Shown: positions 1 to 13,100 of the stretch, piece after piece | Layout: every line of letters starts with the position of its first letter | How positions within the stretch are numbered: position 1 is the stretch's first letter | Assembly: GCF_032444005.1 (NCBI RefSeq) | Contig: NC_091288.1 | Coordinates: 215,574,001-215,638,000, forward strand | Origin: Ranitomeya imitator | Lineage: Eukaryota | Length of the DNA stretch: 64,000 nucleotides | Reading direction: 5' to 3' | Notes under the pieces: generated by a model | Told to the model about the DNA's origin: nothing | What the model saw: the letters and a program-made list of their open reading frames with translations, nothing else | The model's database searches: none | Made by a program: the position numbers and the translations under genes

Positions 1-270
1 GGAGACCGGAAGGAAGGGGGGGGGGGGAGAGTCGGGAGCGGAGACCGGAAGGAGGGGGGGGGGGAGTCGGGAGCGGACACCGGAAGGAGGGGGGTAGTCG
101 AGAGCGGAAACCGGAAGGAGGGGGGTAGTCGAGAGCGGAAACCGGAAGGAGGGGGGTAGTCGAGAGCGGAAACCGGAAGGAGGGGGGTAGTCGAGAGCGG
201 AAACCGGAAGGAGGGGGGTAGTCGAGAGCGGAAACCGGAAGGAGGGGGATAGTCGGGAGCGGAGACCAGA
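1..270. repeat. ~30 bp G-rich tandem repeat (GTAGTCGAGAGCGGAAACCGGAAGGAGGGG) in an SH2B1 intron
   Basis: About 8 direct units visible; the array is cut by the window edge. Confidence 0.9.
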
Positions 271-289
271 AAAGTGGGGCGTTGATTGT

Positions 290-703
290 CAGGAGGGAGT
301 GGAGGCCGGAGTTTGGGGTTGTCGGGAGGGAGTGGAGGCCGGAGTTTGGGGTTGTCGGGAGGGAGTGGAGGCCGGAGTTTGGGGTTGTCGGGAGGGACGG
401 AGGCCGGAGTTTGGGGTTGTCGGGAGGGAGCGGAGGCCGGAGTTTGGGGTTGTCGGGAGGGAGCGGAGGCCGGAGTTTGGGGTTGTCGGGAGGGAGCGGA
501 GGCCGGAGTTTGGGATTGTCGGGAGGGAGCGGAGGCCGGAGTTTGGGGTTGTCGGGAGGGGGCGGAGGCCGGAGTTTGGGGTTGTCGGGAGGGAGCGGAG
601 GCAGGAGTTTGGGGTTGTCGGGAGGGAGCGGAGGCCGGAGTTTGGGGTTGTCGGGGGTGAGTGGAGGCCGGAGTTTGGGGTTGTCGGGAGGGAGCGGAGG
701 CCG
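290..703. repeat. 33 bp minisatellite (GGAGCGGAGGCCGGAGTTTGGGGTTGTCGGGAG), ~12 copies
   Basis: Direct tandem units; they explain the repetitive ORFs at 282-941. Confidence 0.95.
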
Positions 704-824
704 GCGGGGATGGTTGGAGGCCTCTTCTCGCATGATTTTGCCTTTTCTTCTCTCCCCTCACCTCCATTGCTCCCTCATCCGTCACCTCATCATCTTCTTA
801 CTGGGCCCCGTCTGTTCTTTGCAG

Positions 825-924
825 GCCGAGACAGGGCCGACAGTAGAACGACCGTGTGTGAGGTTCCCCACCGCATCCCAGACTCGCCATCAAACCCCAT
901 CTCCATTGGAGCGAATGACTGTAT
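825..924 (+). CDS. SH2B1: SH2B adaptor protein 1, 100-nt alternatively spliced (beta-type) exon
   Basis: Acceptor tctgttctttgcAG (823-824) and donor GTAAGT (925). Translation GRDRADSRTTVCEVPHRIPDSPSNPISIGANDC resembles the mammalian SH2B1-beta tail GREQAGSHAGVCEG...PFGASDC, and the exon is exactly 100 nt. Confidence 0.8.
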
Positions 925-1342
925 GTAAGTGCTGGTCCTGACCATTCATGCCCCTCTGTGTCCCCCACCACCATCATCCCCCCGGCTGGGAAGGTGACAC
1001 ATTGCACACGCACAATCCGGGGGCCCCAACACCCCACTAGTGACAGCCACATATGTCCTCGCCTCTCGTTAAAGTGGTTGAATTACATCACGTGATCACC
1101 ACCCCTTTAAGAAGCTACACATAAAGAATCAATACTCGTGACAGCTGATGGTTTGTTACAGTTGTAACCAGTCAGAAAAGTGTCACCCTGATACATTATA
1201 ACATAGGTGGCCCCTTTAAGCCTAATGTGAAGCCATTATCCCCCCACCCCTTATTCTGTGGTGCCGCCATCTTGTAGGCGGAGTCTGTGCGTTATTAATT
1301 CAGGGCTACCTCCCTGATTGGTCGTTTTTTTTTCCCTTGCAG

Positions 1343-1662
1343 AGGCGGCCAGCAGCCGTAACCCTCCCCCGCTGCCTCCGCATCCATTATCCCGTCACCA
1401 CAGCGCGGAGGGGACGCTGCAGCCCCCTTGGCCTCCGCTCAGCACCTCTCCCCCGGAGGAACCATCGGCCAGCAGTAGCAGACCCCCTCCAGAGCCCCCC
1501 GTCGCTCAACACGAGGAGGGTCCGTCGCCTGCTGAAGATCAGGAAGAAGCCGCCGTCCGCCTGCAGCAGCTCCAGCCAGGTAGCGCCACCTTGGAGGACC
1601 CCAGTGATCCCAACGCGGCCTCCAGGGCTCGGGCCGTAAACAACCAGTATTCCTTTGTATGA
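1343..1662 (+). CDS. SH2B1: SH2B adaptor protein 1, terminal coding exon (alpha frame)
   Basis: Polypyrimidine acceptor ttttttcccttgcAG (1341-1342). The frame ends RARAVNNQYSFV*, matching the SH2B1-alpha C-terminus RAINNQYSFV (SH2B2 ends ENQYSFY, SH2B3 DNQYTPL). Upstream exons lie outside the window; 3' UTR-like sequence runs to about 3470. Confidence 0.88.
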
Positions 1663-3589
1663 GCGGAGGTCGGGGGTCACACATCCGCGATGCTGGGGGG
1701 GCGGACGTGGGGGCTCCTGACCGGTGAGGCCGGTGGGTTTGTGACGCACGGATGTGTAACTCTTCCTTCTTTTTTGTATCTTTTCTTGATGGTTCCTGCC
1801 CCGACACACTAAAACGGAAGCCCAGCACTGGCCCCTGGGTGATCCTGGCAGCAAACACTACACGTAACGGTCACACTACAGGAGAGGGACGACGCTTTCC
1901 TTTAGGTTTGGCCCTCATCACCGGTACTTGGTTCTGCTCGGACCCCCAATAATCCTCGATGTCGCCCCTCTGTGTAGACGTTGGGGGGGATTGCGCTCTG
2001 ATTCCTCCATAAAGGAGGTCACTGACCACAATAGGAAATGTGGGATTGTCTCTTGGCCGCCTCATGGTACGGAGCAGAGGCGACATGGGGCACGTCCGGG
2101 CAGAGCCCCCCACCACACGGGTGCGCTATATACAGGGGACTGATTACTGTGCGCCCACCCATTAACCCCCGCGTTGCTGAGAAGCGAGGTACGGCCCGGG
2201 GATGCCCAAAAGGTACTGGGACGGGACCAGCTATAAGGACATTTCCACGTCACTTCATGCTGAGATTCATTGATTTATACTGACCTGTGTTTCTCATCCT
2301 CTAGTCACAGCTAGAGCTGCATTCATAATTCTGCCTTCCCGTCTGATCTTGGGGGGTGGGGTTAATATCTCATCACCGGAGGTGAGCGCTCCGCCGTGAC
2401 AGGGTGACGGATGCCGCTGCAAAGCGTCCATTAAAAGTTTTCTTTTTTTTAACCAGCAAATATGAGAATTTGGCAGTGGAATTGCGACCGCAGCTTTGGA
2501 TGTTACCAGAGTACTTTGGTACAAGAGAAAACGAATCGTCTTACCCTGTACGAGATCCTCGGGGGCGGAGTCTGCGGTTTCCACCAATGACTGCGACAGA
2601 AATGTAATCTTTTCAATTGTTAACGAAACGGTACGCGAGATAATAACGGGACGGCGGGGGGGTCCGCGGACCCCTCACTATAGGACGCTGCGACCTGAGA
2701 CTTCACACCCTAAAGGGCCACATCCATTTTTTATTTTTTTATTTTCAGGCCAGTGTTAAAGGGGAAGTATCTCTTTTTATAAACTATAACCTACCATCCC
2801 CCCTCCGATTCTGGAGTATATACTTTCTATTTTTATTTTTTTAATACTTGCCCCTAATTCTTAGACAATGCCAACTCGCTATGTGATGAGCTGCAGCACA
2901 GGGCCCATACCAGTCACTGCCACTAGAGGGGGCACTATTCCAGGAGCAGAGATCAGGGAGGCACCAGGTTTCGGACGTCACCTGTGGCCCCTGGACCCTT
3001 TGATTTAGGATCTGATGGTCGCCGTGATGGGTAATCAATGACCCGATCCGTCTGCCCTTTCAGTGGGATGTGGAGTCTCCATTTTTTGACAAGGTGCGCA
3101 TATACACCCCCCTCCTGGCCCCTGACACTACAGATATATACATATATCCCTCCCCCCCCCCCACTTTTTATTAATCCTTTTTTTTTTATTATTTATTTTT
3201 CTACTGTGTATTAGAATAGGATTTTTTTTTTTTTCTCAGAGGTTTTTCTGTTTGTTCATTTGGCATTTGTAAAGCGTATTTACCTTTTAAGATCTAAAAT
3301 ATATCTTTAAATTATTTATTATACCAAGAAAAAAAAAACAAAACGTTGTTGAATCAGTTTTAGATACAAAAACTAAAGAAAAAAAAAAAAAAGGAGAAAA
3401 AAAAAAAAGACATTTATTTCTCCAAAAATATAAAAAATTGTATTGTTTAACAAGATTAAAAACACTTAACTAAAAAGGGGTCGGCGTCCTGTGGTTACTT
3501 CACCGGTGGGGGGAAAGGTGGGGTTTAAAGGGGAAGAACGCACCTTGGGGGCGGAGACCCCGTAACGTTACGGAGCGGGGTGCCAAGGA

Positions 3590-3752
3590 GCCGAGGGCAG
3601 AAAAGTCGCCACCGCTCTGCTGACGCCAGACCTCCGGTATCAGCACAAACCCTGCGCCCCCCGCCAGGAGCTTCATGGCCGAGCAGCTGCCGTACATCAC
3701 CAAGCACAAGGCCGAGCGTCGGATGGAGCGGTGTAAAGCCGCCATGTGATTA
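3590..3752 (+). mobile_element. Degenerate Tc1/mariner transposase remnant
   Basis: Encodes ..ELHGRAAA..YITKHKAERRMERCKA, a Tc1 helix-turn-helix/linker segment; same family as 29094-29381. Confidence 0.7.
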
Positions 3753-3959
3753 AACACCCCACAGACAGGTAAGTTTGGGCCCAAGTCCCTGCCGACCCCT
3801 GTACTGCTCAGGAGGGAGCCCACACAGCAACGCTGCTTGTCCACCCTTCCTGGGGGCATCTCAGCTGAGCTATGACCACATTAACCCCCGGAGGTTTTTT
3901 TTTTATTTATTTTTTTTTCGTTTTTCTCTCCCCTCCTTCCCAGAGCAATTTCTTTTTTT

Positions 3960-4330
3960 TTTTTTTTTCCCGTCAATATGGCCATGTGAGGGCTTAATTT
4001 TTGCGGGACGGGTTGTACTTATTGGTTTTTAACATATTGTGTACTGGGGAAAAAAAATCCAAGTGCGGTGAATTTGCAAAAAATAAAATAAAAGGGGCAA
4101 TCCCATACTTGTTTTTTGTTTGGCTTTTTTTTACTAGGTTCATTACATGCTAACACTGACCGGCCATTGTGATTCTCCAGGTCATTACGAGTTCATAGAC
4201 ACCAAACATGTCTGGGTTATGTTTTATGTAAGTGGTGAAAAAAAATTCCAAACTTTATGAAAAAAAAAACAATTGCGCCATTTTCCGCTACCCGCAGCGT
4301 CTCCATTTTTCATGATCTGGGGTCGGGTTA
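3960..4330. repeat. Probable interspersed non-autonomous repeat fragment
   Basis: AT-rich segment recalled as resembling a common frog interspersed element; no termini or TSD identified. Confidence 0.3.
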
Positions 4331-4444
4331 AGCCGTAATCATCAACATTAACAGAAATAAACACGTGGAGTAGATCACTCTGTAATGACTATAGAATATA
4401 GGAGAAGAACTGAGATAAATTCACTTCAATTTAGTGCGAAGCCC

Positions 4445-4446
<2 letters not shown>

Positions 4447-4481
<35 letters not shown>

Positions 4482-4525
4482 CAGTGTGTGTGTATACAGT
4501 GTGTGTATATATATATATATATATA
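4447..4525. repeat. (TG)n/(TA)n compound microsatellite
   Basis: Seen directly. Confidence 0.95.
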
Positions 4526-4902
4526 ATTATATAATGTGCACAGGCTCCTACCATTAGTGACGGTCCCGCTCCCGGCATACTGACCCCACCGCCCCGGTCA
4601 CTACTGATCCTGGACACAAAGTGCCGCAGATTCATCTCTACAACCTGAGATCAGGAACAGATCAGACATTTCTAGGACATTTCAGAACTTTCCTCATTTC
4701 CCGCACGTCCGGCGTTGTACTACTGCACCCACTGTGTGATACGATGGGAGTCGGAGTCGCTCCATTTTATACCGGACTCCACAGCTCTGGTTAAAAATAA
4801 CAACAAAAAAAATCTCTATAAATCATAGAAGGGAACAGTCAGTGATGAAGAATAATCACAAAGAACAACAGCGAGGCGGAGACCGGGGACGTGAGAGAGG
4901 AA

Positions 4903-7068
4903 CAGTGAGGACTCTCATCATCCACAGTGTAAGAGAGGACTCTCATCATCCACAGTATAGGAGAGGACTCTCATCATCCACAGTATAAGAGAGGACTCTC
5001 ATCATCCACAGTGTAAGAGAGGACTCTCATCATCCACAGTGTAAGAGAGGACTCTCATCATCCACAGTATAGGAGAGGACTCTCATCATCCACAGTATAG
5101 GAGAGGACTCTCATCATCCACAGTGTAAGAGAGGACTTTCATCATCCACAGTGTAAGAGAGGACTCTCATCATCCACAGTGTAAGAGGACTCTCATCATC
5201 CACAGTGTAAGAGAGGACTCATCATCCACAGTATAAGAGAGGACTCTCATCATCCACTGTATAAGAGAGGACTCTCATCATCCACTGTATAAGAGAGGAC
5301 TCTCATCATCCACAGTATAAGAGAGGACTCTCATCATCCACAGTATAGTAGAGGACTCTCATCATCCACAGTATAAGAGAGGACTCTCATCATCCACAGT
5401 ATAGGAGAGGACTCTCATCATCCACAGTATAAGAGAGGACTCTCATCATCCACAGTGTAAGAGAGGACTCTCATCATCCACAGTGTAAGAGAGGACTCTC
5501 ATCATCCACAGTATAAGAGAGGACTCTCATCATCCACAGTATAAGAGAGGACTCTCATCATCCACAGTGTAAGAGAGGACTCTCATCATCCACAGTGTAA
5601 GAGGACTCTCATCATCCACAGTGTAAGAGAGGACTCATCATCCACAGTATAAGAGAGGACTCTCATCATCCACAGTATAGGAGAGGACTCTCATCATCCA
5701 CAGTGTAAGAGAGGACTCTCATCATCCACAGTGTAAGAGAGGACTCTCATCATCCACAGTGTAAGAGGACTCTCATCATCCACAGTGTAAGAGAGGACTC
5801 ATCATCCACAGTATAAGAGAGGACTCTCATCATCCACTGTATAAGAGAGGACTCTCATCATCCACTGTATAAGAGAGGACTCTCATCATCCACAGTATAA
5901 GAGAGGACTCTCATCATCCACAGTATAGTAGAGGACTCTCATCATCCACAGTATAAGAGAGGACTCTCATCATCCACAGTATAGGAGAGGACTCTCATCA
6001 TCCACAGTATAAGAGAGGACTCTCATCATCCACAGTGTAAGAGAGGACTCTCATCATCCACAGTGTAAGAGAGGACTCTCATCATCCACAGTATAAGAGA
6101 GGACTCTCATCATCCACAGTATAAGAGAGGACTCTCATCATCCACAGTATAAGAGAGGACTCTCATCATCCACAGTATAGGAGAGGACTCTCATCATCCA
6201 CAGTATAAGAGAGGACTCTCATCATCCACAGTGTAAGAGAGGACTCTCATCATCCACAGTGTAAGAGAGGACTCTCATCATCCACAGTATAAGAGAGGAC
6301 TCTCATCATCCACAGTATAGGAGAGGACTCTCATCATCCACAGTGTAAGAGAGGACTCTCATCATCCACAGTGTAAGAGAGGACTCTCATCATCCACAGT
6401 GTAAGAGAGGACTCTCATCATCCACAGTATAGGAGAGGACTCTAATCATCCAGAGTGTAAGAGAGGACTCTCATCATCCACAGTGTAAGAGAGGACTCTC
6501 ATCATCCACAGTGTAAGAGAGGACTCTCATCATCCACAGTATAAGAGAGGACTCTCATCATCCACAGTATAGGAGAGGACTCTCATCATCCACAGTATAG
6601 TAGAGGACTCTCATCATCCACAGTATAAGAGAGGACTCTCATCATCCACAGTATAGGAGAGGACTCTCATCATCCACAGTATAGGAGAGGACTCTCATCA
6701 TCCACAGTATAAGAGAGGACTCTCATCATCCACAGTGTAAGAGAGGACTCTCATCATCCACAGTGTAAGAGAGGACTCTCATCATCCACAGTATAGGAGA
6801 GGACTCTCATCATCCACAGTGTAAGAGAGGACTCTCATCATCCACAGTGTAAGAGGACTCTCATCATCCACAGTGTAAGAGAGGACTCATCATCCACAGT
6901 ATAAGAGAGGACTCTCATCATCCACTGTATAAGAGAGGACTCTCATCATCCACTGTATAAGAGAGGACTCTCATCATCCACAGTATAAGAGAGGACTCTC
7001 ATCATCCACAGTATAGTAGAGGACTCTCATCATCCACAGTATAAGAGAGGACTCTCATCATCCACAGT
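4903..7068. repeat. 28 bp minisatellite (CAGTATAAGAGAGGACTCTCATCATCCA), ~77 copies
   Basis: Period 28 measured from unit starts at 4981 and 5009. Confidence 0.97.
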
Positions 7069-7178
7069 CATCCCCTCTATATACTGAGCACAACCGCCAT
7101 AGAGAAGAGCAGCTTTATTCCTCCACAGCAAGAGCGTCTCCCGTCTCTATGGTAGGTGGGAGGAAGGAGGCCATCAAC

Positions 7179-10100
7179 ATGGCGGCGTGCAGAGCAGAGC
7201 AGGGGGGAAAGGTGAGAAAGGAACGAAGCGTCAGCGGTGTATGGAGGGAGGTAATATGTCCTATGTATACATACTTCTGAGGAAGGTATCACACAGGATA
7301 GGATTAGATACACGGCTCAGCAGTCAGTATCACACAGGAGAGGATTAGATACACAGCTCAGCAGACAGTATCACACAGGATGGGATTAGATACACAGCTC
7401 AGCAGTCAGTATCACACAGGATAGGATTAGATACACAGCTCAGCAGTCAGTATCACACAGGATAGGATTAGATACACGGCTCAGCAGTCAGTATCACACA
7501 GGATAGGATTAGATACACAGCTCAGCAGTCAGTATCACACAGGATAGGATTAGATACACAGCTCAGCAGTCAGTATCACACAGGATAGGATTAGATACAC
7601 AGCTCAGCAGTCAGTATCACACAGGATAGGATTAGATACACAGCTCAGCAGTCAGTATCACACAGGATAGGATTAGACACACGGCTCAGCAGTCAGTATC
7701 ACACAGGAGAGGATTAGATACACGGCTCAGCAGACAGTATCACACAGGATAGGATTAGATACACGGCTCAGCAGTCAGTATCACACAGGATGGGATTAGA
7801 TACACGGCTCAGCAGTCAGTATCACACAGGAGAGGATTAGATACACGGCTCAGCAGTCAGTATCACACAGGAGAGGATTAGATACACGGCTCAGCAGACA
7901 GTATCACACAGGATGGGATTAGATACACGGCTCAGCAGACAGTATCACACAGGATAGGATTAGATACACGGCTCAGCAGTCAGTATCACACAGGATAGGA
8001 TTAGATACACAGCTCAGCAGTCAGTATCACACAGGATAGGATTAGATACACAGCTCAGCAGTCAGTATCACACAGGATAGGATTAGATACACAGCTCAGC
8101 AGTCAGTATCACACAGGATAGGATTAGATACACAGCTCAGCAGTCAGTATCACACAGGATAGGATTAGACACACGGCTCAGCAGTCAGTATCACACAGGA
8201 GAGGATTAGATACACGGCTCAGCAGACAGTATCACACAGGATAGGATTAGATACACGGCTCAGCAGTCAGTATCACACAGGATGGGATTAGATACACGGC
8301 TCAGCAGTCAGTATCACACAGGAGAGGATTAGATACACGGCTCAGCAGTCAGTATCACACAGGAGAGGATTAGATACACGGCTCAGCAGACAGTATCACA
8401 CAGGATGGGATTAGATACACGGCTCAGCAGACAGTATCACACAGGATAGGATTAGATACACGGCTCAGCAGTCAGTATCACACAGGAGAGGATTAGATAC
8501 ACGGCTCAGCAGTCAGTATCACACAGGAGAGGATTAGATACACGGCTCAGCAGACAGTATCACACAGGAGAGGATTAGATACACGGCTCAGCAGACAGTA
8601 TCACACAGGATATGATTAGATACACGGCTCAGCAGTCAGTATCACACAGGATAGGATTAGACACACGGCTCAGCAGACAGTATCACACAGGATAGGATTA
8701 GACACACGGCTCAGCAGACAGTATCACACAGGATAGGATTAGATACACGGCTCAGCAGACAGTATCACACAGGATAGGATTAGATACACGGCTCAGCAGT
8801 CAGTATCACACAGGAGAGGATTAGATACACGGCTCAGCAGTCAGTATCACACAGGATAGGATTAGACACACGGCTCAGCAGTCAGTATCACACAGGAAAG
8901 GATTAGATACACGGCTCAGCAGTCAGTATCACACAGGATAGGATTAGATACACGGCTCAGCAGACAGTATCACACAGGAGAGGATTAGATACACGGCTCA
9001 GCAGTCAGTATCACACAGGATAGGATTAGACACACGGCTCAGCAGACAGTATCACACAGGATAGGATTAGATACACGGCTCAGCAGACAGTATCACACAG
9101 GATAGGATTAGATACACGGCTCAGCAGACAGTATCACACAGGATAGGATTAGATACATGGCTCAGCAGACAGTATCACACAGGAGAGGATTAGATACACG
9201 GCTCAGCAGACAGTATCACACAGGAGAGGATTAGATACACGGCTCAGCAGTCAGTATCACACAGGAGAGGATTAGATACACGGCTCAGCAGTCAGTATCA
9301 CACAGGAGAGGATTAGATACACGGCTCAGCAGACAGTATCACACAGGAGAGGATTAGATACACGGCTCAGCAGACAGTATCACACAGGATGGGATTAGAT
9401 ACACGGCTCAGCAGTCAGTATCACACAGGAGAGGATTAGATACACGGCTCAGCAGTCAGTATCACACAGGAGAGGATTAGATACACGGCTCAGCAGACAG
9501 TATCACACAGGAGAGGATTAGATACACGGCTCAGCAGACAGTATCACACAGGATGGGATTAGATACACGGCTCAGCAGTCAGTATCACACAGGAGAGGAT
9601 TAGATACACGGCTCAGCAGTCAGTATCACACAGAAGAGGATGTGGTGGATTTGTACTGTCAGGGTCTCAGTTACCCCGGGGGCAGTGTCAGGAGCTCGGT
9701 TACCCCGAGGACAGTGTCAGAGGCTCGGGGGGCAGTGTCAGGAGGTCAGGGGGCAGTGTCAGGAGCTCGGTTACCCTGGGGGGCAGTGTCAGGGGCTCGG
9801 GGGGCAGTGTCAGGAGCTCGGTTAGTCTGGGGCAAAGTGTCAGGAGCTCGGTTACCCCGGGGGCAGTGTCGGAAGCTCGGTTACTCCAGGGGGCAGTGTC
9901 AGGGGCTCGGGGGGGCAGTGTCAGGAGGTCAGGGGGCAGTGTCAGGAGCTCGGTTACCCTGGGGGGGCAGTGTCAGGGGCTCGGGGGGCAGTGTCAGGGG
10001 CTCGGGGGGCAGTGTCAGGGGCTCGGGGGCAGTGTCAGGAGCTCGGGGGGCCGTGTCAGGGGCTCAGGGGGCAGTGTCAGGAGCTCGGTTAGTCTGGGGG

Positions 10101-13100
10101 GCAGTGTCAGAAGCTTGTTACCCCGAGGACCGTGTCAGGGGCTCAGGGGGCAGTGTCAGGGGCTCGGGGGCAGTGTCAGAAGCTCGGTTACTCCAGGGGG
10201 CAGTGTCAGGGGCTCAGTTACCCCGGGGGCAGTGTCAGGGGCTCGGGGGCAGTGTCAGGGGCTCGGGGGCAGTGTCAGGGGCTCGGGGGCAGTGTCAGGG
10301 GCTCGGGGGGCAGTGTCAGGGGCTCGGGGGGCAGTGTCAGGGGCTCGGGGGGCAGTGTCAGGGGCTCGGGGGCAGTGTCAGGAGCTCGGTTACCCTGGGA
10401 GGCAGTGTCAGGAGCTTGTTACCCCGGGGGCAGTGTCTGTGGCTCGGGGGGCAGTGTCTGTGGCTCGGGGGGCAGTGTCAGGGGCTCGGGGGGGCAGTGT
10501 CAGGGGCTCGGGGGGGGCAGTGTCAGGGGCTCGGGGGGCAGTGTCAGGGGGGCAGTGTCAGGGGCTCGGGGGCAGTGTCAAGAGCTCGGTTACCGTGGGG
10601 GGCAGTGTCAGGAGCTTGTTACCCCGGGGGCAGTGTCAGGGGCTCGGGGGGCAGTGTCAGGGGCTCGGGGGGCAGTGTCATGGGCTCGGGGGCAGTGTCA
10701 GGGGCTCGGGGGGCAGTGTCAGGGGCTCGGGGGGCAGTGTCAGGGGCTCGGGGGGCAGTGTCAGGGGCTCGGGGGCAGTGTCAGGGGCTCGGGGGGCAGT
10801 GTCAGGTGCTCGGGGGGGCAGTGTCAGGGGCTCGGGGGCAGTGTCAGGAGCTCGGTTACCCTGGGGGGCAGTGTCAGGAGCTTGTTACCCCGGGGGCAGT
10901 GTCAGGGGCTCGGGGGGCAGTGTCATGGGCTCGGGGGCAGTGTCAGGGGCTCGGGGGACAGTGTCAGGGGCTCGGGGGGCAGTGTCAGGGGCTCGGGGGC
11001 AGTGTCAGGGGCTCGGGGGGCAGTGTCAGGTGCTCGGGGGGGCAGTGTCAGGGGCTCGAGGGGTAGTGTTAGGGGCTCGGGGGGCAGTGTCAGGGGCTCG
11101 GGGGGCAGTGTCAGAAGGTCGGGGGGCAGTGTCAGGGGCTCGGGGGGGCAGTGTCAGAAGGTCGGGGGGCAGTGTCAGGGGCTCGGGGGGCAGTGTCAGG
11201 GGCTCGGGGGCAGTGTCAGGGGCTCGGGGGGCAGTGTCAGGGGCTCGGGGGGGCAGTGTCAGGGGCTCGGGGGGCAGTGTCAGGGGCTCGGGGGGCAGTG
11301 TCAGGGGCTCGGGGGCAGTGTCAGGGGCTCGGGGGGGCAGTGTCAGGTGCTCGGGGGGGCAGTGTCAGGGGCTCGGGGGGTAGTGTTAGGGGCTCGGCGG
11401 GCAGTGTCAGGGGCTCGGGGGGCAGTGTCAGAAGGTCGGGGGGCAGTAGCGCTGGTTCTGGCTGTTCTCTTTTCTCACTGTCTCTTTTTCTTGTAGTGGA
11501 TTTTCCACCATGGCGTTCGCTCCTCATTTTTCTGGATTTCTCGCCGCGCCCTCAGCTCTTCCCCGTGTGATGAAGAGACAGCGCACTACAATGTGGTGGT
11601 GGTGGGAGGAGGACACGCGGGCACTGAAGCTGCTGCAGCCGCGGCGCGGGCCGGAGCCAGGACCCTGCTGCTCACACACAAGGTGGAGACAATAGGTAAC
11701 GGCTCCCGTCGCCCTCGCAGTCTGGCGTCACCGGCCATCGCAGCACCCTGATCGGGGTGCTCTGTACGCTCCATGTGTAAGCCTCATGTCTGTGCGCCCT
11801 GCAGGTCAGATGTCCTGTAACCCGTCCTTTGGGGGCATCGGCAAGGGTCACCTGATGAGAGAAGTGGACGCCCTGGACGGAGTTTGCGGGAGGATTTGTG
11901 ATCTCTCTGGGATCCACTACAAGGTCTTAAACCGACGCAAGGGTCCAGCGGTTTGGGGGCTGCGAGCACAGATAGACAGGAAGTTATACAAGCAGAACCT
12001 GCAGGTGTGCGCTGCTCCCCAGGAGATGGCAGTATATATATATATATATATATACCCTGTGTACATGACTATCCGTATCCTCTGCAGAAAGAGATCTTGG
12101 ACACGCCGGGCCTCACTGTGGCAGAAGGATCTGTAGAGGACCTAATCCTGGACCCCCCAGACTCCATGCACCCTGGGAAATGTCAAGTCAGCGGCGTCAT
12201 TCTGGGTATGTATTGTCCACGTCTTCACACTGCTGCACAGCGTGGCGGGAGCAGGGGTAGCCTACTGCAGAAGCGTCCAGCAGCACAGTGTGTTTCCGCA
12301 CAATATCCTCCATTATTTCTTTCTCCAGCGGACGGCAGTAAGATATCTGCCAGCAGTGTGGTGCTGACTAACGGTACGTTTCTGCGTGGAATGGTGCGGG
12401 TCGGTACGGAGCATATACCCGCTGGCCGCTGGGGTGAAAACCCGTCCGTGGGTCTGGCACAAACGCTGGAACGCCTGGGATTCGCCGTTGGGAGGTTGAA
12501 GACCGGGACCCCTCCTCGTATCGCCAAGGACTCTGTGGACTTCAGTGCTGTGACGAGACACGAGGCTGATGACCCCCCTATTCCCTTCAGCTTCATGAAC
12601 GACCGGGTCTGGATCAGGGTACGGTATAAACAGTGCATCGCCCACAGCGCAGTACAGGCTCCGAACTAGCAGGGGGTGATGAGAACTCGCCATGTGTTTT
12701 TAGCCTGAAGACCAACTTCCCTGTCACTTGACGTACACGACCGCTGCCGTGGAACGGATCATTCAGGAGAATCTACACCTGAGCAGTCACGTGAAGGAGA
12801 CCAGCGCCGGCCCCAGGTGAGGCCGGACAGACTCGAACACCGCCTGATCCATTACTGACACCTGTCGTGATCGCCCGACCTTCTCCTTCAGGTACTGCCC
12901 CTCCATTGAGTCGAAAGTCTTGCGTTTTCCCGGGCGTAGACACCAGGTCTGGCTGGAACCCGAGGGCCTGGACTCCGATGTCATCTACCCCCAGGGTCTG
13001 TCGGTGACACTTCCGGCCGAGGCTCAGGAGAGGCTTCTGCGGGAGATCCCTGGACTGGAGAAGGCTCGTATGCTGATGCCCGGTGGGTGCTTGTACCGAG

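Noticed and set aside
4838-4925. Possible C/D-box snoRNA on the minus strand (ATGATGA ... CTGA)
   Set aside because: The C box is part of every array unit; there is no terminal stem, recognisable guide or host gene.
9642-11496. 450-505 aa Gly/Ala/Ser-rich ORFs
   Set aside because: All frames are open only because the repeat unit lacks stops; the region is MTO1 intron 1.
11510-11695. ATG at 11510 as the MTO1 start
   Set aside because: It is out of frame with the VVGGGHAG motif.
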